NCBI GenBank assembly: GCA_951406725.2
Contig: OX597820.1
Span: 101,370,001 to 101,434,000, forward strand
Length of the DNA stretch: 64,000 nt
DNA from: Octopus vulgaris
Lineage: Eukaryota
Direction: 5' to 3'
Position numbers and translations under genes: made by a program. Position 1 is the stretch's first letter, and each line of letters begins with the position of its first letter. The notes under the pieces are model-generated. The model did not search any database. It saw only the letters and a program-made list of their open reading frames with translations, and was not told the origin of the DNA. Positions 54,481-64,000 of this stretch are shown piece by piece.

Positions 54481-55779
54481 TATATTGTCTGTGTTACTGT
54501 TATTCTCCTTGTCCTGTCTTTTACTGTCCTGTTTTTGTTACCATTTTTACCCCTCCGCAAAAAAATCTCAAATTTGATTTAATTTGCTTTTCGCTGGAAG
54601 GAGTGTTTCAGTCGAAGTTGTGTCTCGCCTTCACCTTCGAAACGCGGAGTAGATGAAACCATGGTGACTGAAGGGGAATTTTCCTTGTTATTTGTCCTGT
54701 ACTCTATTTTTTTGTTGTTTAAGAAAAATGTCCAGTTCCTTGGTTTTGTGTTTGTTTTCGTTTCTCATTGTGTTCGACGTTTTTGGTGTCCTGTACCTAT
54801 ATATGCATGTATATATACATGTAGATACGTACATATATGTATGTATATATGCATGTTTTATTTATTAATTTGTTATATATATATATACACAGACATACAT
54901 GTGTGTGATTTCATATTTCCTCCTTCCTTTTACATGCGTCCACTGACTGTAAACAACTAGCTTTGCTACTGAATACAACTGGTGTAGTATGCTTGTAGTC
55001 TAATGTGAAAGTACAACTGAGTTCACTTGTGTGACCTTTGTAGGACTGTAGCAATGTCTAGGTTGTTCATTGCATGATAATAATATGGAATTGTTACCTT
55101 GCTTGGAAACAGGTGAGTATTGGTGATAAACAGGGTATCAGAAAATCAGTGTTGTTTGTGGTCCCCTCTGGATTATGCAAGAAAAATAGTGATTGGTAGT
55201 TTGTATTTGGGGAAATAAGAATCAGCTCATGATGCCACCATAGAAACCAGTACCACAATACATTCAGCTGTTGCAATTTCATAACCCATGCAGAGGGTGA
55301 ATGAAAGATAGAATAGAATAAAAGTTCCACCCCATCACTTCATTTCCACCCAGGCAGAGAATTCTTTAATTTTCAATCTTCTTTATTTTTATCTCTTCAG
55401 TTTTTGTATGCTTAGAGTCAACAAAGAATTGATATATCTGGTGGATGCATCTATTTTTCTTTTAAGTCTTAGAAAGAAAGGCAATACCCACAATTTTTTC
55501 AGGGTGAGATATTTATCATTCAACCACTAAAGATGACCAAACTTAAAACTGGGCCATGAATCAAGTGTACTACCTAACAACAAAATTGACCCTTATAAAT
55601 GATGAAAATTCCTTGTTTGGAACCATTTCTGTCTGTCTATACCTTCAATCAAAATGTGAATGTAATCAGGTTTCCAACTTTCTAAATATACATGAATGAT
55701 CTTTGTGCCTAATCTAGAGAAATATATACGTAAATACATGAGAACCAACTGCTTTAAATTAATGAAACCAAAAAGCTTA

Positions 55780-56324
55780 GGTGTGGCTGTGTAGTAAGAA
55801 ACTTGCTTCCCAACCACATGATTCTGGGTTCAGCCCCACTGTGGCATCTTCTACTATATATTTGTTTATTGCCCACAAGGGGCTAAACATAGAGGGAACA
55901 AACAAAGGGATTAAGTCGATTACATCGACCCCTGAAAGGATGAAAGGCAAAGTCGACCTCGGTGGAATTTGAACTCAGAACGTAACAAACGAAATACCGC
56001 TAAGCATTTCGCCCGACACGCTAACGTTTCTGCCAGCTCTCATCATCTACTATAGCCTTGTGAATGGATTTGGTAGACGGAAACTGAAAGAAGCTCGTCG
56101 TGTATATATATATATATTTGTGCGTCTGTGTTTGTTCCTCCATCATTGCTTGACAACTGATGTTTGTGTTTATGTCCCCATAACTTAGTGGTTTGGCAAA
56201 AAGAGAACAAGAGAATAATTACTAGGCTTACAAAGAATAAGTCCTGGGGTCGATTTGTTCGACAATAGGCAGTGCTCTAGCATTGTCGCAGTCAAATGAC
56301 TGAAACAAGTAAAAAAATAAAGAA
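55780..56324 (+). mobile_element. CORE-type SINE interrupted by an antisense Meta-type SINE (~55860-56040)
   Basis: The SINE halves flank the insert, and TCTACTATA is duplicated at the junctions. Confidence 0.8.
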
Positions 56325-56606
56325 CTATTTTAAAATAACAAAAAATATGAGAATTTGCTTAGCCTTTTTTGATAGTCATTTGCCTGAGAACATCGTTAAT
56401 GCTGATTCAAAGTTCCCCATGTTGAAATGATCTAAATATCTTAACATTAAAATTTCATGCAAACACCAGCTTAACAATGACAAAGTTATTTTAATAAATT
56501 CATTATTTTGAAAATTAATTTAAAGGCAGTATATTTCAACAGAAATACAATATAGTAGTAACAGAAAAGAGGAATTTCGATTATCCCCACGTGGTGAGTT
56601 GTAATG

Positions 56607-56845
56607 TATATAAGAAATTAAAAAAGGAAAATACGCATCCTTACATAGTTTTAATATATCGACCGCTATCGCTATTCATGATATCATGTTTTATCTATTT
56701 GAATATATTTTTTTTCTTAAGAAGAAATTTGGTCCATGTTGTGTGTGATGAAATTCACATAATATCATGAATAGCGATAGCGAAACCGGTTGATATATTA
56801 AAACTATGTAAGTGTGCATATTTTCCTTTTTTAATTTCTTATATA
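56607..56845. repeat. long inverted repeat (~85-bp arms) with hammerhead remnants
   Basis: Arms 56607-56689 and 56757-56845 are near-identical reverse complements. Confidence 0.85.
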
Positions 56846-56925
56846 TATATATATAGCACTCTATATATGATGCAACTTCACAGTCTTAAAAACAAACAAA
56901 CAGCACAATACATTTTGATATGATG

Positions 56926-56931
56926 TTTATT
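56926..56931 (-). promoter_or_regulatory. candidate polyadenylation signal AATAAA of PUM3
   Basis: tttatt on the + strand, about 72 nt after the PUM3 stop. Confidence 0.5.
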
Positions 56932-57002
56932 TCTCATATACTATTCCTTGTTCTGTCACTGTGCACATCCATTCGAATTCTCTCTCAGCTTACAAGACAC
57001 AC

Positions 57003-57232
57003 TTAGTCTTTTGTATTATACAAAACAAAGTCATACAGCAACTGAGCCCCTTTGAATTTCAACATCTTCAGAGACTTTGTCATAGTCTTCAGAATTGGTA
57101 ATAACATTGCAGACACTTCAGGGTGGTTAGTCTCCAACATTGCCAACAAAATAAAGCATCCTCGGTTACAAGCGGCCCAAGATTTCAATACACTCTCAGG
57201 AACAGTGTTCAGTAAGACCAGGGAAAAGTACA
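57003..57232 (-). CDS. PUM3: PUM3 terminal coding exon (VYFSLVLLNTVPESVLKSWAACNRGCFILLAML...NTKD*)
   Basis: ttgcag acceptor, LKSWAxxNRG motif, TAA stop at 57005-57003. Confidence 0.94.
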
Positions 57233-57657
57233 CTGCAACGAAATATAGATATAATTTATACGCTTGGAATTCAAACCAATCTCTATCAAGTCAATACTGA
57301 ATTTACTTTTATCTCAAGAATGTGGTGAAAGTAAAGTCAAAGACCCAGTATTTCTTATACTAGTACAAGGTTTATACATCTAGAGTGTTGGATACAGTCT
57401 ATAAAATAAAACTCCAGTTTTTATCTGCTATTTGTTTTATGTAGGAACAGTAAAGATGACCTTGTAGCAATTTGAACTCAGAAAAAGAAGGGTCATAACG
57501 AAAGACAGCAAGGTATTAAGTTTGTCACTACCTTTACAGATAATATATAGTAGGAAATAATCAACCAAGCACTGAAATAAACTTGTGACAATTCTTCACT
57601 AAATGAAAGAAAGAAACCCCCCAGAAAACAAACAAAAAAAGAAAAACCCATACAAAC

Positions 57658-57831
57658 CTGTATCATTATCTTCCTTATTTGTTTCATAGTTTTCTTTATC
57701 AAAAGCAATGAGTTTCTTCAGAGTTATATGTCCAGCTGGGTGTTCAACAATGTGGAGATCACCAAGACTGCTGCTGTCCATAGTTTCAGCACAAATTTCA
57801 GCCACGGCTTCCATTGCTTTTGTTTTATCAC
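57658..57831 (-). CDS. PUM3: PUM3 exon (GDKTKAMEAVAEICAE...DLHIVEHPAGHITLKKLIAFDKENYETNKEDNDT)
   Basis: aatag acceptor, gtttgt donor, LHIxEHPAGHxxLK motif. Confidence 0.94.
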
Positions 57832-58661
57832 CTATTGAAGATCAAAGAGTGACATTTATAAATAATTATACTGATTGGGCATAAAGTTATTTTTGTAAAT
57901 AGAGAAGTGTTGGCTCACAGGTCAATCACATCCAACATCAAATGACTGGGGTATGTACAGCAACATTAAATGAATAATGACCGACTTTAATCTACAAACC
58001 CTGCATTAAAAACTGATGCCATTACTCTGCGTAATCATAATAATCTAGTCCATTCTTTATCATTTATGAGCTAGTCAAAGTAATATCTGAACCAGTACAA
58101 CAATTGGATTATAGATTATTAAGATTTGAAGCAGCCAATATTAAATGGATAGAAAACCAAAATCATTTGAAAAATGGAAATGAGGTGTTTTCACAATTAT
58201 GTATTTTCACTATTACAGCTGGGTAGATACCGATGGCCATGAGACATTAAATTGTTGCTTAACATAAACACCATCTTGGATATCCTCCAAATCCAAGATT
58301 ATCACAGAATGAGAGAATATGCTACAGGATTCCTTTATCTCCTAACGATAATGCATCTTGTCCAGCATACTAATTAATGATTATTGTTAGTACACTATTA
58401 TTGAGTTTCAGGAGCTTTAATATAAAACTGTTCTAGATGCAGTACATAGAGAGAAAAAAAAGTGCAGCAGCAGAAATTAGCTGTACCTACACATGGTAGT
58501 TATTTAGGCAGATACATCGACTAAGAGTTAAATGAAAAGACGAAATATAGGAAAAAGCAGACAGTGCTAAACCTTAATGGTTCAACTGACTTGCAAATTT
58601 AAGCCTCAGAGTTTAAAGCATAAAAACAAAATCATGTTCTTAATATCTTATAATTACTTAC

Positions 58662-58807
58662 CTTTAGCATGCATGATGATGCTGACAAGAAATAGAAGGC
58701 TGTTGTTGTCACTGACCAGCTCTTTAGTATTTTCTGTCACATGTTTCAATAATGGTTTTGAGATAGCATTCAATAATTCAGAATGCCGAATAAGTGAATC
58801 CTTTTTG
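58662..58807 (-). CDS. PUM3: PUM3 exon (KKDSLIRHSELLNAISKPLLKHVTENTKELVSDNNSLLFLVSIIMHAK)
   Basis: tttcag acceptor, gtaagt donor, SKKD...R..ELL..IS motif, consistent phases. Confidence 0.93.
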
Positions 58808-60668
58808 CTGAAATATTGCAAAGAACAAACATTAGCAAATAATTTAATCTTTTACACCGGCCATATCCAGCCCTAATATTCTACCTGTTTTATGTTCAAA
58901 CTGGCCATGTCCAACCTCTCATACATACCCTACAATGTCACTCTAAAAATAAACAATCACATCATTGAAATCTCAAAGCTACAAAATAAAGCAGGATTAA
59001 TTTTAAACAATATGAATAAATAAGCATTATATTTGACAGAGTAATCTGAATACTAAAGGGTTATATAGCTGACATCATTAATTGATGTTTCATTAAAGAA
59101 CAGTAGACATCAACCTGAGCATCTACTTTGTCGAATCAAGTATCAAATGGAAGACTTACACAATGACAGAATTCTTTCTGATGAAATTCTTTCTTCATCA
59201 GGAGGATTATGATGATGTTTTAGATTCACAGAAAAAAGTGGTGCTGGATGGAAAAAGTGAGCTGATTTTTCTTCATTTGCACATTTGTTTAACCACAAGG
59301 AAATGGAAATTTCAAATGAATTTATGCTCACACTGGATGCAAGGGAAAGCAAATATCCTATGACTCTTTTCCCAGAAGAGATCATAAATTTTATTATATG
59401 AGATACTAACAATTATTATAGTTTTTGTACTTAAAATGAAAATAAGCATAACTATTACCCTTAAAAGATTTTTGTTTTTGGTTTTTCACCTGTTTAGCAC
59501 AAACACATTTATGCAACCCTTTCATCATCATTTAACGTCTGCTTTCCATGCTGGCATGGGTTGGACGGTTTGACTGAAAACTGGTAAACTGGGGAGCAGC
59601 ACCAGGTTCCAATCTGATTTGGTACAGATTCTACAGCTGGATGCTCTTCCTAATGCCAACCACTCCAAGAGCATAGTGGGTGCTTTTTACATGCCAGTCC
59701 TACTTATTAAGGGTTCCCTTTCAATCATTTGACTGTGACATTGCTGGAACACTGCCTTAAAGGGTTTTAGTTAAAGAAATTGACCTCAAGACTTATTATT
59801 TGTAAGCCTAGTACTTATTCTATTGGTCTCTTTTGCCAAACCGCTAGATTACAGGGACATAAACACACACAATGAGCTTCTTTCACTTTCCGTCTACCAA
59901 ATCTACTCACAAGGTGTTGGTTAAACTGAGGCTATAGTAGAAGACGCCCAAGGGGACTGAACCTGGAACCATGTGGTTGGGAAGCAAGCTTCTTACCACA
60001 CTACTTTTCATTATATATTCACAATATTTTTCTTTCTGGTTAATCTATTCAAATTGTAATGATTATACCATGCACATGTTAATCTTCATCAAATGGTTGT
60101 AAATGACAAATAGTCTTTTCTACTCTAGACACAAAGCCCCAATTTTTTGGGGGGGGGGGGGGGCAGTTGAATAGATCAACCCCCAGTATGCAACTAGTAC
60201 TTAATTTATCGACCAATATTAATAGATGTTACTAAAAACAAACTGTACATTGTTGCATTTCTGAGGCAGGATTGGAAAGTGATAAAACATGTAGCATATG
60301 TTATCATAATCATCATCATTTAATGTCCGTTGTCCATACTGGCATAGGTTGGACGGTGTGACCAGAACTGGCAAGCTGGGAGGCTATACCAGATTCCAGT
60401 CTGATTTGGCACAGTTTCTATGGCTGGATGCCCTTCCTAATGCCAACCACTTTACAAAGTGTGCTGTGTGTTTTTTATGTGATGCTCTAAGGGCACTTTT
60501 ATAGGGCACCGCCACAAGTGCTTTACATCACCAGAAGGATCGGACTTAATACTTCTGCTGTGGAATACAGGTCTTCTTGAGTACAGCCAGGTACCTTGTA
60601 CTTTGGTCCTTTGTCAGACTATTATAACAATGATGTAATCGCAAAATCTAGAGTCTTTAAAATATTAC

Positions 60669-60811
60669 CTGAATTCGTTGTCATCTCCTTCCCGCATTAT
60701 TTTAATAACATCTGGGTGGAAATGTAGTGGATCACGTGGTGCAAGCAAGTACAACAGAAGCTTTCGTCCATAGGAGTTTGTTGCTACTTCTTTCAGAGAT
60801 TTTATAATTTC
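60669..60811 (-). CDS. PUM3: PUM3 exon (EIIKSLKEVATNSYGRKLLLYLLAPRDPLHFHPDVIKIMREGDDNEFS)
   Basis: ttctcag acceptor, gtaata donor, CPL-domain YGRKxLLYLLxPRDP motif. Confidence 0.96.
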
Positions 60812-61927
60812 CTGAGAAAAGAAATAAACAGAAATGAAGATAATGGTGTATTTTCAAGACATTTCGCAATTCTTCCATGATGTAACTGGTGGAGGCATAG
60901 CTGTGTGGTTAAGAAGTTTGTTCTGCAACCATATGGTTTCAAGTTCATTCCTCCCACTGCTTTTACAAGGAGAAATCATCATCACCATTTAACGTCCACC
61001 TTCTATGCTGGCATGGGTTGGACAATTTGATAGGAGTCGGTCAGGTAGAAGACTACCCCAGACCACTGTCTGTCTAATGGCAAGGCTTTTATTTTTGGAC
61101 TGAGTTGTTTTTACATGGCACCAGCACAGGTGAGGTCAGTTACAACATGGTTTTTACAGCTGGATCCCTTCCAAATGCCAACTACTTTACAGTATGGACT
61201 GGATGCTTTTTATGTGGCACCAGCACCAGTAAGGTCACCAAGTAACTTGCAAGACAAGGAATTTTGAGAGAGGAGGGGTCACTGGAGGAGGTGATGAATT
61301 TCTGGACTGGGCAATGCATTGTGTTCTTGAGCAGAACACTTCACTTTATTTCATGTTTCTCCAGTTTACATTCAGCTGGTAAAATGAGTAATCCTGCAAT
61401 GGACTGGTGTTCTGTCCAGGTGGGGAATATATGTGCCATGAAACCAGCCCTTATGAGTCGGCAAAGACTCGAGAAGCTAACTTAAAAAAAAATATGAAGT
61501 TATGCAAAGAAAAGAGTTGTAGGAAGCAGTACATCAAGATAAAGACTTATCTTTAATGGGACACTTGGTCTAATTGATTACAGCAAAGTAGATTAGATTT
61601 TGCTAAAGACACTCATAGAGCAGGTGTTGAACTAGATAATTGATTAAAATCTGAACTAAGACTAACAAGAATATAGTTAAATACTTTATTCAATTGGTTG
61701 CTCTACTGACTGTCTCTCTCATATATATATACATATATATTAGTTATAAGGATTCGATAGAATCTAGGCACATCAACATGTAAGATGCCAGAAATGGCTA
61801 GGTAAAATAACAGAGTTTATAGCAAGGTAAACAACAATGAAGATATCAAGTATTGGTAGGCTACTGTAGATCCAATTCTGGGTTGTTTTCAGGTGTGAGT
61901 AGGTATAAAAAGAGAACACAAATGGCA

Positions 61928-62008
61928 TTTAAAATTTACAACAGCCGTTTCAGTATTCATAGATTACATCATAACATATAATCCCCCATCTTCAGGTAAA
62001 ATTTTAAA
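61928..62008 (-). ncRNA. type I hammerhead ribozyme, canonical core
   Basis: Reverse complement reads TTTAAAATTTTAC-CTGAAGA-T-GG GGATTATAT(GTTATG)ATGTAATCT...CT-GAAAC-GGCT-GTT-GTAAATTTTAAA. Confidence 0.75.
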
Positions 62009-62087
62009 CAGGTAAGATTTCATATATCAACTCAGACAAATCCACCGATGATTGATTTGGCTAGGTCAAAGTATGAAATCTTACCTG

Positions 62088-62184
62088 TTTAAGATTTTAC
62101 TTGAAGATAGTGGATTACATGTTATGATGTAATCTATGTATACATCAACAAAATTCTACTGAAACAATTGCCATAAATTTTAAA
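62088..62184 (+). ncRNA. inverted, decayed partner hammerhead
   Basis: TTTAAGATTTTAC-TTGAAGA-T-AGT GGATTACAT(GTTATG)ATGTAATCT...ACT-GAAAC-AATT-GCC-ATAAATTTTAAA. Confidence 0.6.
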
Positions 62185-62554
62185 CACGATTTGTGTTCTG
62201 TTCATATTTATAAAGTAATATGTCCCACATCTCAGCAGTTTGACATGCAGAAAAATGTATCTTGCATGAGAAAAAAGAGTTAGCATCAATGAATGCATCA
62301 GCATCAATGAATGCATCCAACTACAGAATACAGCCTCAAGAAGTCTTGTTCTGCATATGTCACCATGGGAAAAGTGATGTAAATTGATGAAAGAGAAGTG
62401 ATAATAAATCTATTCGAATCAGACCTAATGAATAGGTGATATCTGATTTTCAGGAGATTTTCTTAGGCAGAGAGAGATGCAAAAACGCCAGATATGGTCT
62501 ATTTTTCAATAAAAAAGATTTCAATCCATAAGATACTAGCAATTCAATACTCAC

Positions 62555-62689
62555 ATCCAGGATAACTTTTGACAGTAACTTTGTGTCATCGACAACATCA
62601 AATGTAGCCAGCAACACCTGGTGAGCATATTCTTCCAGGCACATTTTCAATATGAAACCTTTGAAACTTTTTACCATTACTTTTCGATC
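62555..62689 (-). CDS. PUM3: Pumilio homolog 3 exon (DRKVMVKSFKGFILKMCLEEYAHQVLLATFDVVDDTKLLSKVILD)
   Basis: tttcag acceptor, gtgagt donor. Matches PUM3 'KDRKVIVK...SHLVLLAAFDCIDDTKLV'. Confidence 0.95.
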
Positions 62690-63794
62690 CTGAAATAAAA
62701 ATAAAACAACTATATGAAGAACATAACAGAGAACCTATATGACTAAAATATTGTGTGTCTTTTAGATAGGAAAGACTATAGGGGTACCACTGCAAAGTTC
62801 TGTTGTCAAATAATGTGTTTAGGGTAAGTTTGTTGGAGCCCACCCCATACCAAGCAAAGAGTTAACGTCAACAATGTAAGCTAACAAAACACCCTTCAAC
62901 TTTACAGTAATGTTGCTGTGTGCAATAATATGGTATTCTTTATCTTATGGCACCAATTTACAATCGGGTAGATTTCAATGGGTTGTCTGGTATCCTACAT
63001 TGACTCAAACCAATCATGCTGTCATATATAGCATAGTTATAAGCTAAATAGTATAATTCAAGAAATTCAAGGCCTAAACATTAGGAGGCTTGTAAACAAC
63101 ACACACAAAAAAAAATGTCCAGTAACTGTAAACAGACAGCATGAAAAAGTACAACTTACTAATGTATGCATAGTGTAACAGTTTATAATACTGAAACGAG
63201 ATCTTCCAAAAAGCTCAGTTAAAACAGCCAAGAAACTGTTCTAAGCACAACATGGTACTCCAACACTTGGCAACTTACACTACATTAATACTGGTTTCAG
63301 ATTTTGGCACAAGGCCAGCAAGAGGAGCTAAGTCGATTACATTGACCCCAGTGCTCAACTGGTACTTATTTTATCGACCTGGAAAGGACAAAAGACGAAG
63401 TCGACCTTGGTGAAATTTGACAAATGAAATGCAGCAAAGCACTTCGCCTGACATGCTAACAGTTCTGCCAGCTCGTCACCTTATGCTGTACACTAATTTT
63501 AATAACAGCGTTGTAGAATTGAAGTGTGCAAGTAGGGTAAAGTCTCTGATGTGGGTTTTGTTTCTGGCATTTCATTTCACAGGTGCTGCAAACATAATTT
63601 CCAACTGTATACTATGAGCTAAGTCACCCACACATCACTTCCCTTTTGTAACATACTTAGAGATTATGATATTTCATAATGACTTTCAAACAACTCATTA
63701 AAAGTCACGAGATGATTTATATATATATATATATATAATGTGACCGCGTGTATACCGTTGGTGATTTTTTCCCCTCTGTCTTCCCTTCTCCTAT

Positions 63795-63829
63795 GTTTCC
63801 GACGAAGAGCTCTGCTCAAAACGTTAAAC
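63795..63829 (+). ncRNA. decayed minimal hammerhead in a Penelope-like short element
   Basis: GTTT-CCGACGA-A-GAGC(TCT)GCTC-AAAACGTT-AAAC, with two core substitutions. Confidence 0.55.
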
Positions 63830-63919
63830 CCTCCTTCTTTCCTGAGCGTCCAATGATACTATATTTGTTCCACGTCCTCGAGTTGTTGTGTTTTTTTGTG
63901 CTTTCATGTTTGGATTTAT

Positions 63920-63958
<39 letters not shown>

Positions 63959-64000
63959 AATAATCGTCGCCCTTTTCAAGCCTAGCCAGGCTTATGGGCC

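Noticed and set aside
59177-59201. CTGATGAA...TTCATCAG as a hammerhead
   Set aside because: The core is sequestered in a simple 8-bp hairpin, with no stem II/GAAA/stem I arrangement.
59143-59412. Coding-looking stretch in the PUM3 intron
   Set aside because: PUM3 exons join in phase without it. No recognisable domain or splice sites.

Overview
AT-rich, microsatellite-dense eukaryotic DNA. The SINE, RTE and MITE families point to a coleoid cephalopod, most likely Octopus (inference). Two convergent spliced genes were reconstructed by hand with consistent GT-AG phases. One is the 3' part of a FAM135A/B-family gene (+ strand, 9 exons, 13984-52824, DUF676 alpha/beta-hydrolase with GHSLG). The other is the 3' part of PUM3/KIAA0020/penguin (- strand, 5 exons, 62689-57003). 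The introns are packed with tRNA-derived CORE-type and Meta-type SINEs, RTE LINE 3' ends, and hAT and piggyBac MITEs. Most ORFs in the supplied track are repeat artefacts. The main unexplained signal is a set of at least 6 sequence-unrelated short elements that each carry a type I minimal hammerhead-ribozyme fold, as found in Penelope-like pseudo-LTRs. They include one family with a compensatory G3:C8 core (GUGAACA) and two head-to-head inverted pairs. Repeat boundaries are approximate unless TSDs are quoted.
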